From NCBI GenBank assembly GCA_947627675.1, contig CANQWY010000001.1:5334-69333 (forward strand): a stretch of 64,000 bases of DNA, read 5' to 3'. The stretch's first letter is position 1. The number at the start of each line of letters is the position of its first letter. The translations under genes and the position numbers were made by a program. The notes under the pieces were generated by a model that searched no databases, had not been told where the DNA came from, and saw nothing but the letters and a program-made list of their open reading frames with translations. Below are positions 1-8,907 of this stretch, piece by piece. Source of the DNA: an uncultured Bacilli bacterium (GTDB taxonomy: Bacteria > Bacillota_I > Bacilli_A > RF39 > UBA660).

Positions 1-147
1 GATGCTAGCTGGAGAAGTTCTTCCGAATTTAATAAAAATCAGTATACTTATGATGGAAGCCACGGTTGTGTTAATATGAAAACATTGGATGCTAAAAAGT
101 TATATGAAAATATATTAAATGATACTGCAGTTATAATTCAAAATTAA
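1..147 (+). CDS. L,D-transpeptidase (YkuD family), C-terminal fragment; the gene starts upstream of the window
   Basis: Frame-1 translation DASWRSSSEFNKNQYTYDGSHGCVNMKTLDAKKLYENILNDTAVIIQN* contains the SHGC(V/I) catalytic motif of YkuD L,D-transpeptidases. The stop is TAA at about 145-147. Confidence 0.55.
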   Translation, partial: DASWRSSSEFNKNQYTYDGSHGCVNMKTLDAKKLYENILNDTAVIIQN

Positions 148-164
148 TTAAAATATATTTATTA

Positions 165-190
165 GAAACTGATTTGTTATCAGTTTTTTT
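165..190 (+). terminator. Intrinsic terminator downstream of the ldt fragment
   Basis: GAAACTGAT-ttgtt-ATCAGTTTC hairpin followed by a T run (cagtttttttg). Confidence 0.65.
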
Positions 191-332
191 GTTGCTTATT
201 GTAAAATTTTGTAAATATTAGGAAGGGTTGTTTACAATTTTTATTATTGATGATAAACTTGTAATGTAAGAATATAAATATGGTAGGAAGATGTATGTTC
301 TTACTTCTAGAATATTAATAGGAGGTGTTAAT

Positions 333-632
333 ATGGCAAGTGGTAATGGAACTTTTATGATGGATCCTGCAGCAGTTCAGCAAAGTGGAACAAATTTCCA
401 AAATTTTTCGATTAGATATAGCACAGAGATGAATAATTTACGCAATGTAATAGAAGATTTAGGCCGTTGCTGGAAATCCGAAGATTATAATCAGTTTCTT
501 CAAATTTATCAACAAAATGCTGAAGTTATTCAACAAATGAGTAAGGCATTTGCATCTTTTGGTGAAGTTTTAACAACAACTGGTACTAATGCAGTACAAA
601 AAAGTGAAGATTTAAGAGCTTCATTTAAATAA
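333..632 (+). CDS. WXG100 (ESAT-6/EsxA/YukE-like) family small helical protein, 99 aa
   Basis: Start revised to the ATG at 333, preceded by the AGGAGG RBS; the track start at 291 has no RBS. The length is about 100 aa. The central segment DLGRCWKSEDYNQF aligns with the DLKSMWEGASSEAF core of YukE/EsxA, with WXG degenerated to WKS. The N-terminus FMMDPAAVQQSG resembles the conserved I-V-PEEL region. Confidence 0.55.
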   Translation: MASGNGTFMMDPAAVQQSGTNFQNFSIRYSTEMNNLRNVIEDLGRCWKSEDYNQFLQIYQQNAEVIQQMSKAFASFGEVLTTTGTNAVQKSEDLRASFK

Positions 633-652
633 TTTTATAGGAGGAATAATAT

Positions 653-973
653 ATGAATGGTACATCATTTGACCATGGTAAGGCAGTTAGCGATGCTGAA
701 CAAATTTTATCTATTGCTAATAGAGTAGAGTCTTTATTTGGAGAAACTGATACAGAAATCGCAAAGATACAGCAATATTGGCAATCATCTACATCTCAAG
801 ATAGTGCAGGCAATGCCATTGCTCTTTATAATAGCTATAAGGCTAATTTTACAAGCTTTATAAATCAAATAAAGACAAAAGCAAATGAAATATATCGATC
901 TAGTGAAACTTATACAGAGGTTGAAAATCAAGCTAATAAAAATGTTGAATCTGGTTATCGTATTAATAGTTAA
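653..973 (+). CDS. WXG100-like / Lap-like small helical protein, 106 aa
   Basis: Strong RBS (TAGGAGGAATAATAT-ATG). About 100 aa, with a central Trp (QQYWQSSTSQDSAG) in a predicted helix-turn-helix. It forms a tandem pair with the preceding WXG100-like gene. Confidence 0.45.
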   Translation: MNGTSFDHGKAVSDAEQILSIANRVESLFGETDTEIAKIQQYWQSSTSQDSAGNAIALYNSYKANFTSFINQIKTKANEIYRSSETYTEVENQANKNVESGYRINS

Positions 974-1061
974 TATATTGCATTCTATGCAATATATTGT
1001 AAATAAAAGAAATATTTCTTTTATTTACAATATATTTACATAGTATTAATAGGAGGAAAAA

Positions 1062-1550
1062 ATGGCACAAATTACAAGCTTATTGCAATGTTTTGATGTT
1101 AATATCGCAAATAAATATATATCTAGTTTAGATCAAGTTATATCTGAATTAAAATATAATAAAGAAAATATATCATCAAAGTGGGAATATTTTGGAAAAG
1201 ATACATTTTATTTTGGAAATTGTACTCCAATACAAGATAAAATGACAAATATTTCTAGTAAAATAGATGAAACTATTAAGAAAATTCAAAATATTGAAGA
1301 TAGCATTATGAAAAATTGTTTGATACAAAGAAGACAAGATTTGCAAAGCTATATTGTTTATTGTGACGAAATGATAAAATCATTAAATGGAAAAACAAAA
1401 AATACTACTACTCTTATAGGTTCCAATAGCGATTACCAAACTTTTTTAAGTTCTATAGAGAGAAAAAAACAATCGTGGGCAGATAAAAAAAGAATAGCCG
1501 AAGAAGAACTTACAGCAGTAAGAAAAGAAGTAGCAAAATATTATGCATAG
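1062..1550 (+). CDS. Hypothetical helical protein, 162 aa, in the size range of T7SS adaptors/chaperones (LapA2/EsaE-like position)
   Basis: Strong RBS (AATAGGAGGAAAAA-ATG). The sequence is largely predicted helical/coiled-coil. I recognise no motif; placement in the operon is the main evidence for a role. Confidence 0.5.
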   Translation: MAQITSLLQCFDVNIANKYISSLDQVISELKYNKENISSKWEYFGKDTFYFGNCTPIQDKMTNISSKIDETIKKIQNIEDSIMKNCLIQRRQDLQSYIVYCDEMIKSLNGKTKNTTTLIGSNSDYQTFLSSIERKKQSWADKKRIAEEELTAVRKEVAKYYA

Positions 1551-1573
1551 ATTTTATGGGAGGAGTTGTTAAA

Positions 1574-3385
1574 ATGAGTTTAGGGAATGATTATATTTGG
1601 TATTATAATAGTAACAATATTGAAGAATGTAGCAGCATAGTAGAAGAACTACAAAAGAAAATGATTGATCTAACTAGTGAAAATTATAGTGTTTCTGATA
1701 TTTTGAAAAATATAACGAGAGATTTATCTAATATAAATGATTTTAGTAGTATTGCTAATAATTTTAATGTAGCGATTACTTCATTAGATGAATTAAAAAA
1801 AGATTTTGATACTACAGTAGCGTTAATTGATGATATAAGAACTAAAAATATTGAATTAGAAAAAAGTGCTAATTCAAATATTGACAATGCTTATAATTTA
1901 AGTGCTAATTTTTCTTTTGATAAAACAAATATTCAAAAAATAACACTAGATGCAACTGAATATAGCAAGCTGAAAAATTTTTTTGGAGTTAATAACACAA
2001 GCAATAGCAGTTCTGCTTCAACAGTTGCTACGCCTTTAGTAGCGGGTGCTACAAATCTTAATAATTATTTTTCTAATGGGAATATTAGTTTACCTAAATC
2101 TTCAAATAATAATTTAAAAAGTTCTAGTGTTACAAGTGCAGGAACTATTTCTTTAGCTGCTGGAATTTTAGATCCTACCACTGGAAAGATTGAAACATTT
2201 ACTCCAAATAAAGAAGCAGTATTTAGTAATAATAATGATAATAAAAATAATACTCCTAAAAGTACAAATACTAATAATATTTCATCCAAAAAGGAAATGA
2301 CATCTGACAATAAAAATACAAAAGATAGTACTACAAAAGTAGTAAATAAAAGTACTAATTCTATTAATAATATTACCAGTAGTACTAATAATATCTCAAG
2401 TAATACCAAGAGCAAAACTTCTCCTTCTGTTGCTGCCGTTATCACAACAAGTGGTGCTACTAGTTCAAAGGCTGTTAAAAAAGCAGTTTCTAATATTTCA
2501 CAAAAAAGCATAAAGAAAGAATTTTCTTCTAGTGAGGTTATAGAACCTAAAATAAAGGATACTTCAACAGTTAGCAGAGTTCCTAATTTTGATAATAAAG
2601 ATAAGTTGTTTGAAGAATTAAAACCAAATACAAGTGACAGAAATGATACAATTAAAGATTTTATTAATAAAAATAATATTAATTTTTCTTCTAATAGTAG
2701 CACTAGTCCATCTAAACCTTCTCAAGATAATAATTCTAATACAGTATCTAATAATGTGACTGACTCTAATAATTCTACTTCTAATTATTATACTAATTCT
2801 GGTTTTACCGGCAATACAAATGCTTCAGCTAGTAGTAATGTCAATTCTTCTAATTTAAATAATAACAATGGATATTATAAAATGAACAATCAGCCAGCTG
2901 CTTCTTCTGGTGAAACTCAGACTACAGTTATACCAGAAGTTGATAGTAGTACTAATGTTGATGTTCCAGATACTTCAACTGATAATTTATTTAATGTTGA
3001 TTCTAATCTTGATGATTATATTGATGTTGATATAGATAAATCAGCAGATATTGGCAAAGCTTCAGGTATTGGTGGAGTTATTCCAATTGTGGCAGGAGTT
3101 GGAGCCGCAACAGCTGCTGGAATTGGCGCTAAAATATATAAAGACAGAAAAGAAAATAATGAATTTGATTTAGATGAAGATAGATTATCAAATGAAAATA
3201 AATTTTGGACAGACGAAGATGCTTCAGTAATTCATAGTGAAAAAGAAATATACTCTGATGATGCAGATGGTAATGTTAATTCTACGTATCAAGCTACTTC
3301 TAATGATTTGGATGATAATGATACTTGGAGTATGCCTGATGAAGTTGATAAAAATAGTACCATTGATTTACTAGAAGGCAATTAG
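1574..3385 (+). CDS. Large low-complexity protein with an N-terminal helical domain and a C-terminal Gly/Ala-zipper transmembrane helix; candidate LXG-like/TspA-TelE-like effector
   Basis: Start revised to the ATG at 1574, with the RBS GGGAGGAG 9 nt upstream. The N-terminal ~150 aa are helical. About 330 aa are rich in Ser/Asn/Thr/Lys. A single TM helix GIGGVIPIVAGVGAATAAGIGA has small-xxx-small periodicity. An acidic ~85-aa tail follows. No known catalytic toxin motif was recognised. Confidence 0.5.
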   Translation: MSLGNDYIWYYNSNNIEECSSIVEELQKKMIDLTSENYSVSDILKNITRDLSNINDFSSIANNFNVAITSLDELKKDFDTTVALIDDIRTKNIELEKSANSNIDNAYNLSANFSFDKTNIQKITLDATEYSKLKNFFGVNNTSNSSSASTVATPLVAGATNLNNYFSNGNISLPKSSNNNLKSSSVTSAGTISLAAGILDPTTGKIETFTPNKEAVFSNNNDNKNNTPKSTNTNNISSKKEMTSDNKNTKDSTTKVVNKSTNSINNITSSTNNISSNTKSKTSPSVAAVITTSGATSSKAVKKAVSNISQKSIKKEFSSSEVIEPKIKDTSTVSRVPNFDNKDKLFEELKPNTSDRNDTIKDFINKNNINFSSNSSTSPSKPSQDNNSNTVSNNVTDSNNSTSNYYTNSGFTGNTNASASSNVNSSNLNNNNGYYKMNNQPAASSGETQTTVIPEVDSSTNVDVPDTSTDNLFNVDSNLDDYIDVDIDKSADIGKASGIGGVIPIVAGVGAATAAGIGAKIYKDRKENNEFDLDEDRLSNENKFWTDEDASVIHSEKEIYSDDADGNVNSTYQATSNDLDDNDTWSMPDEVDKNSTIDLLEGN

Positions 3386-3395
3386 GAGAATAAAT

Positions 3396-3785
3396 ATGGA
3401 AAATAGAGAATTTTTACCTATAGGATCAGTTGTTTTATTAAAAGGTGGAGAAAAAAAAGTTATGATTACTGGTTTTTGTATGACACCGAATGAAAATAAA
3501 CATAAGATATACGATTATAGTGGCTGCTTATATCCTGAAGGAATCGTTAATTCTAATGAAATATTTTTATTTGATAATAAGCAAATAGCTGAGGTGTATT
3601 TTAAAGGATACATTGATGAAGAAGAGTCTGATTTTAAAAGTGAACTTAAAGAGACTATTAAAGAATTAAAGGTAGATGATGATAATAATATAGTTAGTGA
3701 AAATTTATCTGACACCATTTCAGTTATAGAAAATCCATTTGATCTTAATCAAACATTTGAACCTAAAATTAATATCTTTGAGTAA
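3396..3785 (+). CDS. DUF4176-like protein, 129 aa
   Basis: RBS TTAGGAGAATAAAT-ATG. The N-terminal LPIGSVVLLKGGEKKVMITG matches, from memory, the conserved start of DUF4176 proteins, a family commonly encoded next to T7SSb/LXG genes. An HMM search is needed. Confidence 0.5.
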   Translation: MENREFLPIGSVVLLKGGEKKVMITGFCMTPNENKHKIYDYSGCLYPEGIVNSNEIFLFDNKQIAEVYFKGYIDEEESDFKSELKETIKELKVDDDNNIVSENLSDTISVIENPFDLNQTFEPKINIFE

Positions 3786-3788
3786 GTG

Positions 3789-3823
3789 AAAATTATATAA
3801 TATAAGTTATATAATTTTTTTTT
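3789..3823 (+). terminator. Intrinsic terminator of the five-gene operon
   Basis: AAAATTATATAA-tataag-TTATATAATTTT hairpin followed by a run of 9 T. Confidence 0.7.
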
Positions 3824-3921
3824 AAATATTCATATAAATAATTTAGTCTTCTAATAAATCTTTGAGATATTTACTTTTTTTGATATACTATATATATATT
3901 ATTCATTAGGAGCTGGTTAAT

Positions 3922-5730
3922 ATGGAACAAAAAAATATTAGAAATTTTTCAATAATTGCTCATATAGATCATGGTAAAAGTACATTAGCTGATAGATTAT
4001 TAGAAGAATGTGGTTCTATTAGTGAGCATGAGGCTAAAAGTCAAATCCTTGATTCAATGGATATTGAAAGAGAGAGAGGAATTACTATAAAACTTAATAC
4101 AGCTACAATGAAATATAAATATAAAAATAAAGAATATACCCTTAATTTAATTGATACCCCAGGTCATGTTGATTTTTCATATGAAGTTAGTAGAAGTCTT
4201 GCAGCTAGTGATGGGGCTATTCTTGTAGTTGATGCTAGCCAAGGAATAGAAGCTCAAACTATTGCAAATTTATATCTTGCGATGGAGAATGATCTTACAA
4301 TAATTCCGGTTATAAATAAAATAGATTTACCCAATGCAGATGTCTTAAAAGTAAAAAATGAGTTGAAAGAGCTAGTTGGCTTTAGTGATGAAGAAATCAT
4401 TTTAACTAGTGCTAAAACAGGGGTAGGAATTAAAGAACTGTTGTGTGCAATAATTGATAGAATTCCATCTCCAAAAGGTGATAAAAATAATAAATTACAA
4501 GCTCTTATTTTTGATAGTATATTTGATAGTTACAGAGGAGTAGTAATCTCTTGCCGTATTTTTAATGGAATACTAAATGTTTCAGATACAATAAAAATGC
4601 ATAATAGTGATAAGGAATATATTGTAACAGAACTTTTTATTACAACTCCCAAAGAAGTCAAAGTTAAATCATTATCTAGTGGCGAAGTTGGCCATATTGT
4701 AGCCTCAATTAAGGATATTTCAACTGTAAGAGTTGGTGATACTATTACTTCAAAAGAAAACTATACTAATAAGGCATTAGCAGGATATAAACCAATGAAA
4801 CCTATGGTTTTTTGTGGACTTTATCCTATTGATAGTGGTAAATTTGAAAGTTTGAGAGATGCTTTAAATAAATTAAAGCTTAATGATGCTTCTTTAGAAT
4901 TTACTCCTGAAACTTCTTCTGCATTAGGATATGGGTTTAGATGTGGTTTTTTAGGTCTTTTACATATGGATATAATTAAGGAAAGAATATCTCGTGAATT
5001 TGGTATTGATATAATAACAACAGCGCCTAGTGTTATATATGAAGTCTTATATACTAATTTAGAAAAAGAAGAGATATCATCACCTAGTTTAATGCCTGAT
5101 AAAAGCCGAATTAAAGAGATTAGAGAACCATTTGTTAAGACGAATATTTTTACTCCAACGGAATATATAGGTCCAATTATGGAACTTTGTCAAGAAAGAA
5201 GAGGGAAATATATTTCTATGGATTATATTGATAAAACTCGAGTAAATATACATTACGAAATGCCTCTTTCTGAAATTGTATATAATTTTTTTGATAAATT
5301 AAAATCAAATACAAAGGGCTACGCTTCATTTGACTATGAATACGTCGGAAATAAAGCTAGTGATTTAGTAAAAATGGATATTTTGCTTAATGGTGAAATT
5401 ATTGATGCATTATCAACCATTGTTCATAAAGATTTTAGTTATACTAGAGGCAAAATGATAGTTGAGCAACTAAAAGAGGCTATACCTAGGCAGTTATTCG
5501 AAATACCTATTCAAGCTTCTATCTATAATCATGTGATTGCTCGAAGTACAGTTAAAGCATTAAGAAAAGATGTTTTAGCAAAATGCTATGGTGGAGATGT
5601 TACCCGTAAGAAAAAATTATTAGAAAAGCAAAAAGCTGGTAAAAAAAGAATGAAAAAAATAGGGAGTGTTGAACTTCCACAAGAAGCATTTATGAGTGTA
5701 TTGAGTGTAGATAGTAAAAATAATATCTAG
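3922..5730 (+). CDS. lepA: Elongation factor 4 (translational GTPase LepA)
   Basis: N-terminal [23 protein letters not shown]1 motif, [12 protein letters not shown], and a LepA-specific C-terminus. 602 aa. Confidence 0.95.
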   Translation: MEQKNIRNFSIIAHIDHGKSTLADRLLEECGSISEHEAKSQILDSMDIERERGITIKLNTATMKYKYKNKEYTLNLIDTPGHVDFSYEVSRSLAASDGAILVVDASQGIEAQTIANLYLAMENDLTIIPVINKIDLPNADVLKVKNELKELVGFSDEEIILTSAKTGVGIKELLCAIIDRIPSPKGDKNNKLQALIFDSIFDSYRGVVISCRIFNGILNVSDTIKMHNSDKEYIVTELFITTPKEVKVKSLSSGEVGHIVASIKDISTVRVGDTITSKENYTNKALAGYKPMKPMVFCGLYPIDSGKFESLRDALNKLKLNDASLEFTPETSSALGYGFRCGFLGLLHMDIIKERISREFGIDIITTAPSVIYEVLYTNLEKEEISSPSLMPDKSRIKEIREPFVKTNIFTPTEYIGPIMELCQERRGKYISMDYIDKTRVNIHYEMPLSEIVYNFFDKLKSNTKGYASFDYEYVGNKASDLVKMDILLNGEIIDALSTIVHKDFSYTRGKMIVEQLKEAIPRQLFEIPIQASIYNHVIARSTVKALRKDVLAKCYGGDVTRKKKLLEKQKAGKKRMKKIGSVELPQEAFMSVLSVDSKNNI

Positions 5731-5763
5731 ACTAATTAATCGCATGTAAAGGTGGTAGAAAAA

Positions 5764-6846
5764 ATGGTTAAATCTGTTTATATACATATTCCTTTTTGTA
5801 AAAATATATGTTCTTATTGTAATTTTTGTAAGATGTATTATAACGAAAAAATGGCATCTATTTATTTAGATGCTTTATATTTAGAAATTGTTAATAATTA
5901 TAAAGGAGAAAAAGTATCAACAATTTATATAGGTGGAGGAACACCGAGTGATTTAAGTATTAGCAATTTAAAAAAATTATTTAAAATTATAGAAATTTTT
6001 AATAAAGATGAAAAATGCGAATTTAGTTTTGAGTGTAATGTTGATATAGAAAAAGAAAAATTAATATTACTTAAAGATAATCAAGTTAATAGACTTAGTT
6101 TTGGAATTGAAACTATTAGTAAAAAAAATTTAAAGATAATTGATAGAAACCATAATAAAAAGATAATTAATGATAAAATAAAATTATGTAGAGATATTGG
6201 CTTTAGTAATATAAATGGTGATTTAATGTATGCTTTTGATAATGAAACTATGGAAGAGTTGAAAAATGATATTAATTTTATGTTAAGCCTTAATTTAGAG
6301 CATATTTCAACATATTCTCTTATAATAGAAAAGCATACTAAACTATACTTAAATGGAGCTAAAAACTGTGATGAAGATTTAGACTATAAAATGTATAAGA
6401 CAATTCATAATTTATTACTAAAAAATGGATATATTCATTATGAAGTAAGTAACTTTTCTAAAAATAATTTTTCTTCCTTACATAACCTGACATATTGGAA
6501 AAATGAAGAATATTATGGTTTTGGTTTATCTGCGAGTGGTTATATAGATAATATTAGATATACTAATACTAAAAGTTTTAACAATTATATTCAGGGAATA
6601 TACAAATATGAGGTTGAAAAATTGGATAAATATGATAAAATTAATTATGAGATAATTTTAGGATTGAGGCTAAGGAATGGTGTTAACCTAAAAAATTTTT
6701 TTCATAAATATAATGTTAATATTGAAGATTTATTTTTTATTAATGATTATTTATCTTTGGGTTATCTTATTAAGAATGATAATCTTTATATTCCTTACAA
6801 TAAGTGGTATGTAATGAATAGTATTTTAGAGAGGTTTGTGAAGTAA
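5764..6846 (+). CDS. hemW: Radical SAM heme chaperone HemW (coproporphyrinogen III oxidase-like)
   Basis: CKNICSYC radical-SAM CxxxCxxC motif. It lies immediately downstream of lepA, as is typical in Firmicutes. The start is probably the ATG at 5764; the track uses the GTG at 5752. Confidence 0.8.
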   Translation: MVKSVYIHIPFCKNICSYCNFCKMYYNEKMASIYLDALYLEIVNNYKGEKVSTIYIGGGTPSDLSISNLKKLFKIIEIFNKDEKCEFSFECNVDIEKEKLILLKDNQVNRLSFGIETISKKNLKIIDRNHNKKIINDKIKLCRDIGFSNINGDLMYAFDNETMEELKNDINFMLSLNLEHISTYSLIIEKHTKLYLNGAKNCDEDLDYKMYKTIHNLLLKNGYIHYEVSNFSKNNFSSLHNLTYWKNEEYYGFGLSASGYIDNIRYTNTKSFNNYIQGIYKYEVEKLDKYDKINYEIILGLRLRNGVNLKNFFHKYNVNIEDLFFINDYLSLGYLIKNDNLYIPYNKWYVMNSILERFVK

Positions 6847-7430
6847 TGATGGATAAAGTACAAGTATTTAAAACAGAAATAGGGTACATTGAAGATAAAA
6901 ATATAAGATTAAGTTTAGAGAATATGATTAATAAATTACCAGACTATTTTTTTAATATTGAAGCATCATCAACTGGTAAATATCATCCCTCTTATACTTT
7001 AGGAGAGGGCGGCTTAGTTAGGCACACTAAAGCTGCAGTTAGAATCGCCTATGAACTTTTATGTGATCCTTTAATAGGTGATAAATATACTCCTAAAGAA
7101 AAAGATTTAATGATTATGGGTTTAGTATTACATGATGGATTAAAACACGGTCTTGATATGGACAAGTATACTAAATTTGATCATCCACTTATAATGGCTA
7201 AATATATTGAAGATAATAAAAGCGACCTTTTTTTAGAAAATAATGAGGTGGAATTTTTAAAAGAAGTTATTTCTAGCCATATGGGTCCTTGGACAATAAA
7301 TTATAAAGGTGAAGATGTATTGCCAAGACCTAAAAATAAGTTTCAGAATTTTGTTCATATGTGTGATTATTTAGCAAGTAGGAAATGTATTTTATTTGAA
7401 TTTGATAGTGACAACAACATAATTAATTAA
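6846..7430 (+). CDS. HD-domain phosphohydrolase
   Basis: H...HD motif (LVLHDGLKHG) and length 194 aa. Confidence 0.65.
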   Translation: MMDKVQVFKTEIGYIEDKNIRLSLENMINKLPDYFFNIEASSTGKYHPSYTLGEGGLVRHTKAAVRIAYELLCDPLIGDKYTPKEKDLMIMGLVLHDGLKHGLDMDKYTKFDHPLIMAKYIEDNKSDLFLENNEVEFLKEVISSHMGPWTINYKGEDVLPRPKNKFQNFVHMCDYLASRKCILFEFDSDNNIIN

Positions 7431-7461
7431 TTTCTTTTATATAATAAGAAAAGAGGATAAA

Positions 7462-8124
7462 ATGAAAGGTAAAATTATTGTTATAGAAGGAAATGATTGT
7501 TCTGGTAAAGAAACTCAATCAAAAATGTTAGAACAGTCTCTTTTAAGTAAAGGTCTTAAGTGTATGAGAATGGATTTTCCTAATTATAATTCACCAACAG
7601 GTAAAATCATTAGTGATTGCTACCTAGGCAAAAGTGGGAAAAGTTATTTTCCAGAAGGTGCTAATAATGTAGATCCTTTTATTGCATCTTTATATTATGC
7701 TGCAGATAGAAAATATAATATTTCTAAAAATATTATAGATTGCTATAATGACGGATATTACATTATATTAGATAGATATACGAGTTCAAATCAAGCTCAT
7801 CAAGGTGCCAAAATAAAAGATAAAGATGAAAGATTTAATATGTATCAATGGATTGATAAACTTGAATATTGGCTTTTAAAATTACATAAGCCAGATATTA
7901 CTATTTATTTACATGTTCCATATGATTATGTTTCTCTTTTAATAGAAGATAGGGGACTTTCTACTGAAAATAAAAAGGATATAGCTTATTTGAAAAAAAG
8001 TGAAGAAGCTTATGTCGAACTTTCAGAACTTTATTTTTGGAAAAGAGTAGATTGTGTTTCTGATAATAAGTTAAAATCAATAGATGAAATTCATAAAGAA
8101 ATTATTGATATTGTATACAAATAA
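7462..8124 (+). CDS. Thymidylate kinase-like (dTMP kinase family) P-loop protein with a degenerate Walker A
   Basis: IVIEGNDCSGKETQ resembles the Tmk P-loop (EGxDGxGKTT), but the residue after the Lys is Glu. About 220 aa. Confidence 0.5.
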   Translation: MKGKIIVIEGNDCSGKETQSKMLEQSLLSKGLKCMRMDFPNYNSPTGKIISDCYLGKSGKSYFPEGANNVDPFIASLYYAADRKYNISKNIIDCYNDGYYIILDRYTSSNQAHQGAKIKDKDERFNMYQWIDKLEYWLLKLHKPDITIYLHVPYDYVSLLIEDRGLSTENKKDIAYLKKSEEAYVELSELYFWKRVDCVSDNKLKSIDEIHKEIIDIVYK

Positions 8125-8153
8125 AAGAAACAAGTTAATTTAGCTTGTTTCTT
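8125..8153. terminator. Hairpin between convergent genes, probably a bidirectional terminator
   Basis: AAGAAACAAG-ttaatttag-CTTGTTTCTT; there is a T run on the minus-strand side. Confidence 0.4.
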
Positions 8154-8907
8154 CTTCAATTAATAGCCTATTTTTGTAAATATATGCTGATATAATAGAA
8201 GTTATGGGTATTATTATAATGCAGCCCAATCCACTAGAAAGAATTTTAATAAATTCGCTTGCAAAAACTTTGGCATTTAAAATATCTCCAAGGCTATATT
8301 TACTTATTTTAAACCATATTAATAAAGTCATAAAGTCACATAGATAAGCGAAAAACAATGTATTAATAGTTGTAGTTAAAATATCTTTTCCAATACTCAT
8401 TCCTGATTTAATTAAATTTTTTGTTGATAAGTCAGGATTATTATAATATACTTCGTAAAGTGCAGATGATATTGCAATGGATGAATCTATAGTAGCTCCA
8501 ATTAATCCTATTATAATAAGTGAAATTTCAATTGTAATCATATTTATATTTATATCATATGAAAACATATTAATTTCTTCACTTGACTCACTGCCAAAAC
8601 CACCTAATTTGGCTTTTATTACAATAATATAAATGAATAATAACATTAATAATAGAACTATAAATATTGCTATAAATGATGTTTTAGTTTTTTGGTTTTT
8701 ACCATTGATATAAAATAAAACAATATAACTTGTTATAAGACAAAAAATAATGGAAACAAATATAGGATTTAAACCTAATGCTATTAGATAAAAAGTTATT
8801 ATTAATAAAATGAAATTGATAATTATTGAGAAAAATATTTTTATACCTTTTTTTCTTGATATTATAACTAATAATATAAAAAGTATTATCGCTAAAAATA
8901 TATTCAT
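8140..8907 (-). CDS. Polytopic membrane protein, YibE/F-like
   Basis: Highly hydrophobic with multiple TM segments. It is paired with an upstream similar membrane protein, with stop and start overlapping. The family call is tentative. Confidence 0.4.
   Translation of the reverse strand: MNIFLAIILFILLVIISRKKGIKIFFSIIINFILLIITFYLIALGLNPIFVSIIFCLITSYIVLFYINGKNQKTKTSFIAIFIVLLLMLLFIYIIVIKAKLGGFGSESSEEINMFSYDININMITIEISLIIIGLIGATIDSSIAISSALYEVYYNNPDLSTKNLIKSGMSIGKDILTTTINTLFFAYLCDFMTLLIWFKISKYSLGDILNAKVFASEFIKILSSGLGCIIIIPITSIISAYIYKNRLLIEEETS

Noticed and set aside
2065-2703. 212-aa minus-strand ORF (also 1684-1887 and 3515-3718) antisense to the large low-complexity gene
   Set aside because: These are shadow ORFs created by AT-rich, low-complexity coding sequence on the opposite strand. 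They have a Leu/Ile/Phe-rich composition typical of antisense AAT/AAA/GAA codons and no RBS.
1574-3385. The large protein considered as a T7SS core membrane component (EssB/EsaA/YueB-like)
   Set aside because: EssB has an N-terminal pseudokinase and a central TM segment. EsaA/YueB are about 1000 aa with multiple TM segments. Here there is a single C-terminal TM helix and a long disordered linker, which fits a substrate or effector better than a machine part.
5752-5763. GTG start for hemW at 5752 (track) and an upstream ATG start for the first WXG100-like gene at 291
   Set aside because: In both cases a downstream ATG (5764; 333) is positioned 6-9 nt after a GGAGG/GGTGG RBS, while the upstream candidates have none. 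The shorter forms also match family-typical lengths.
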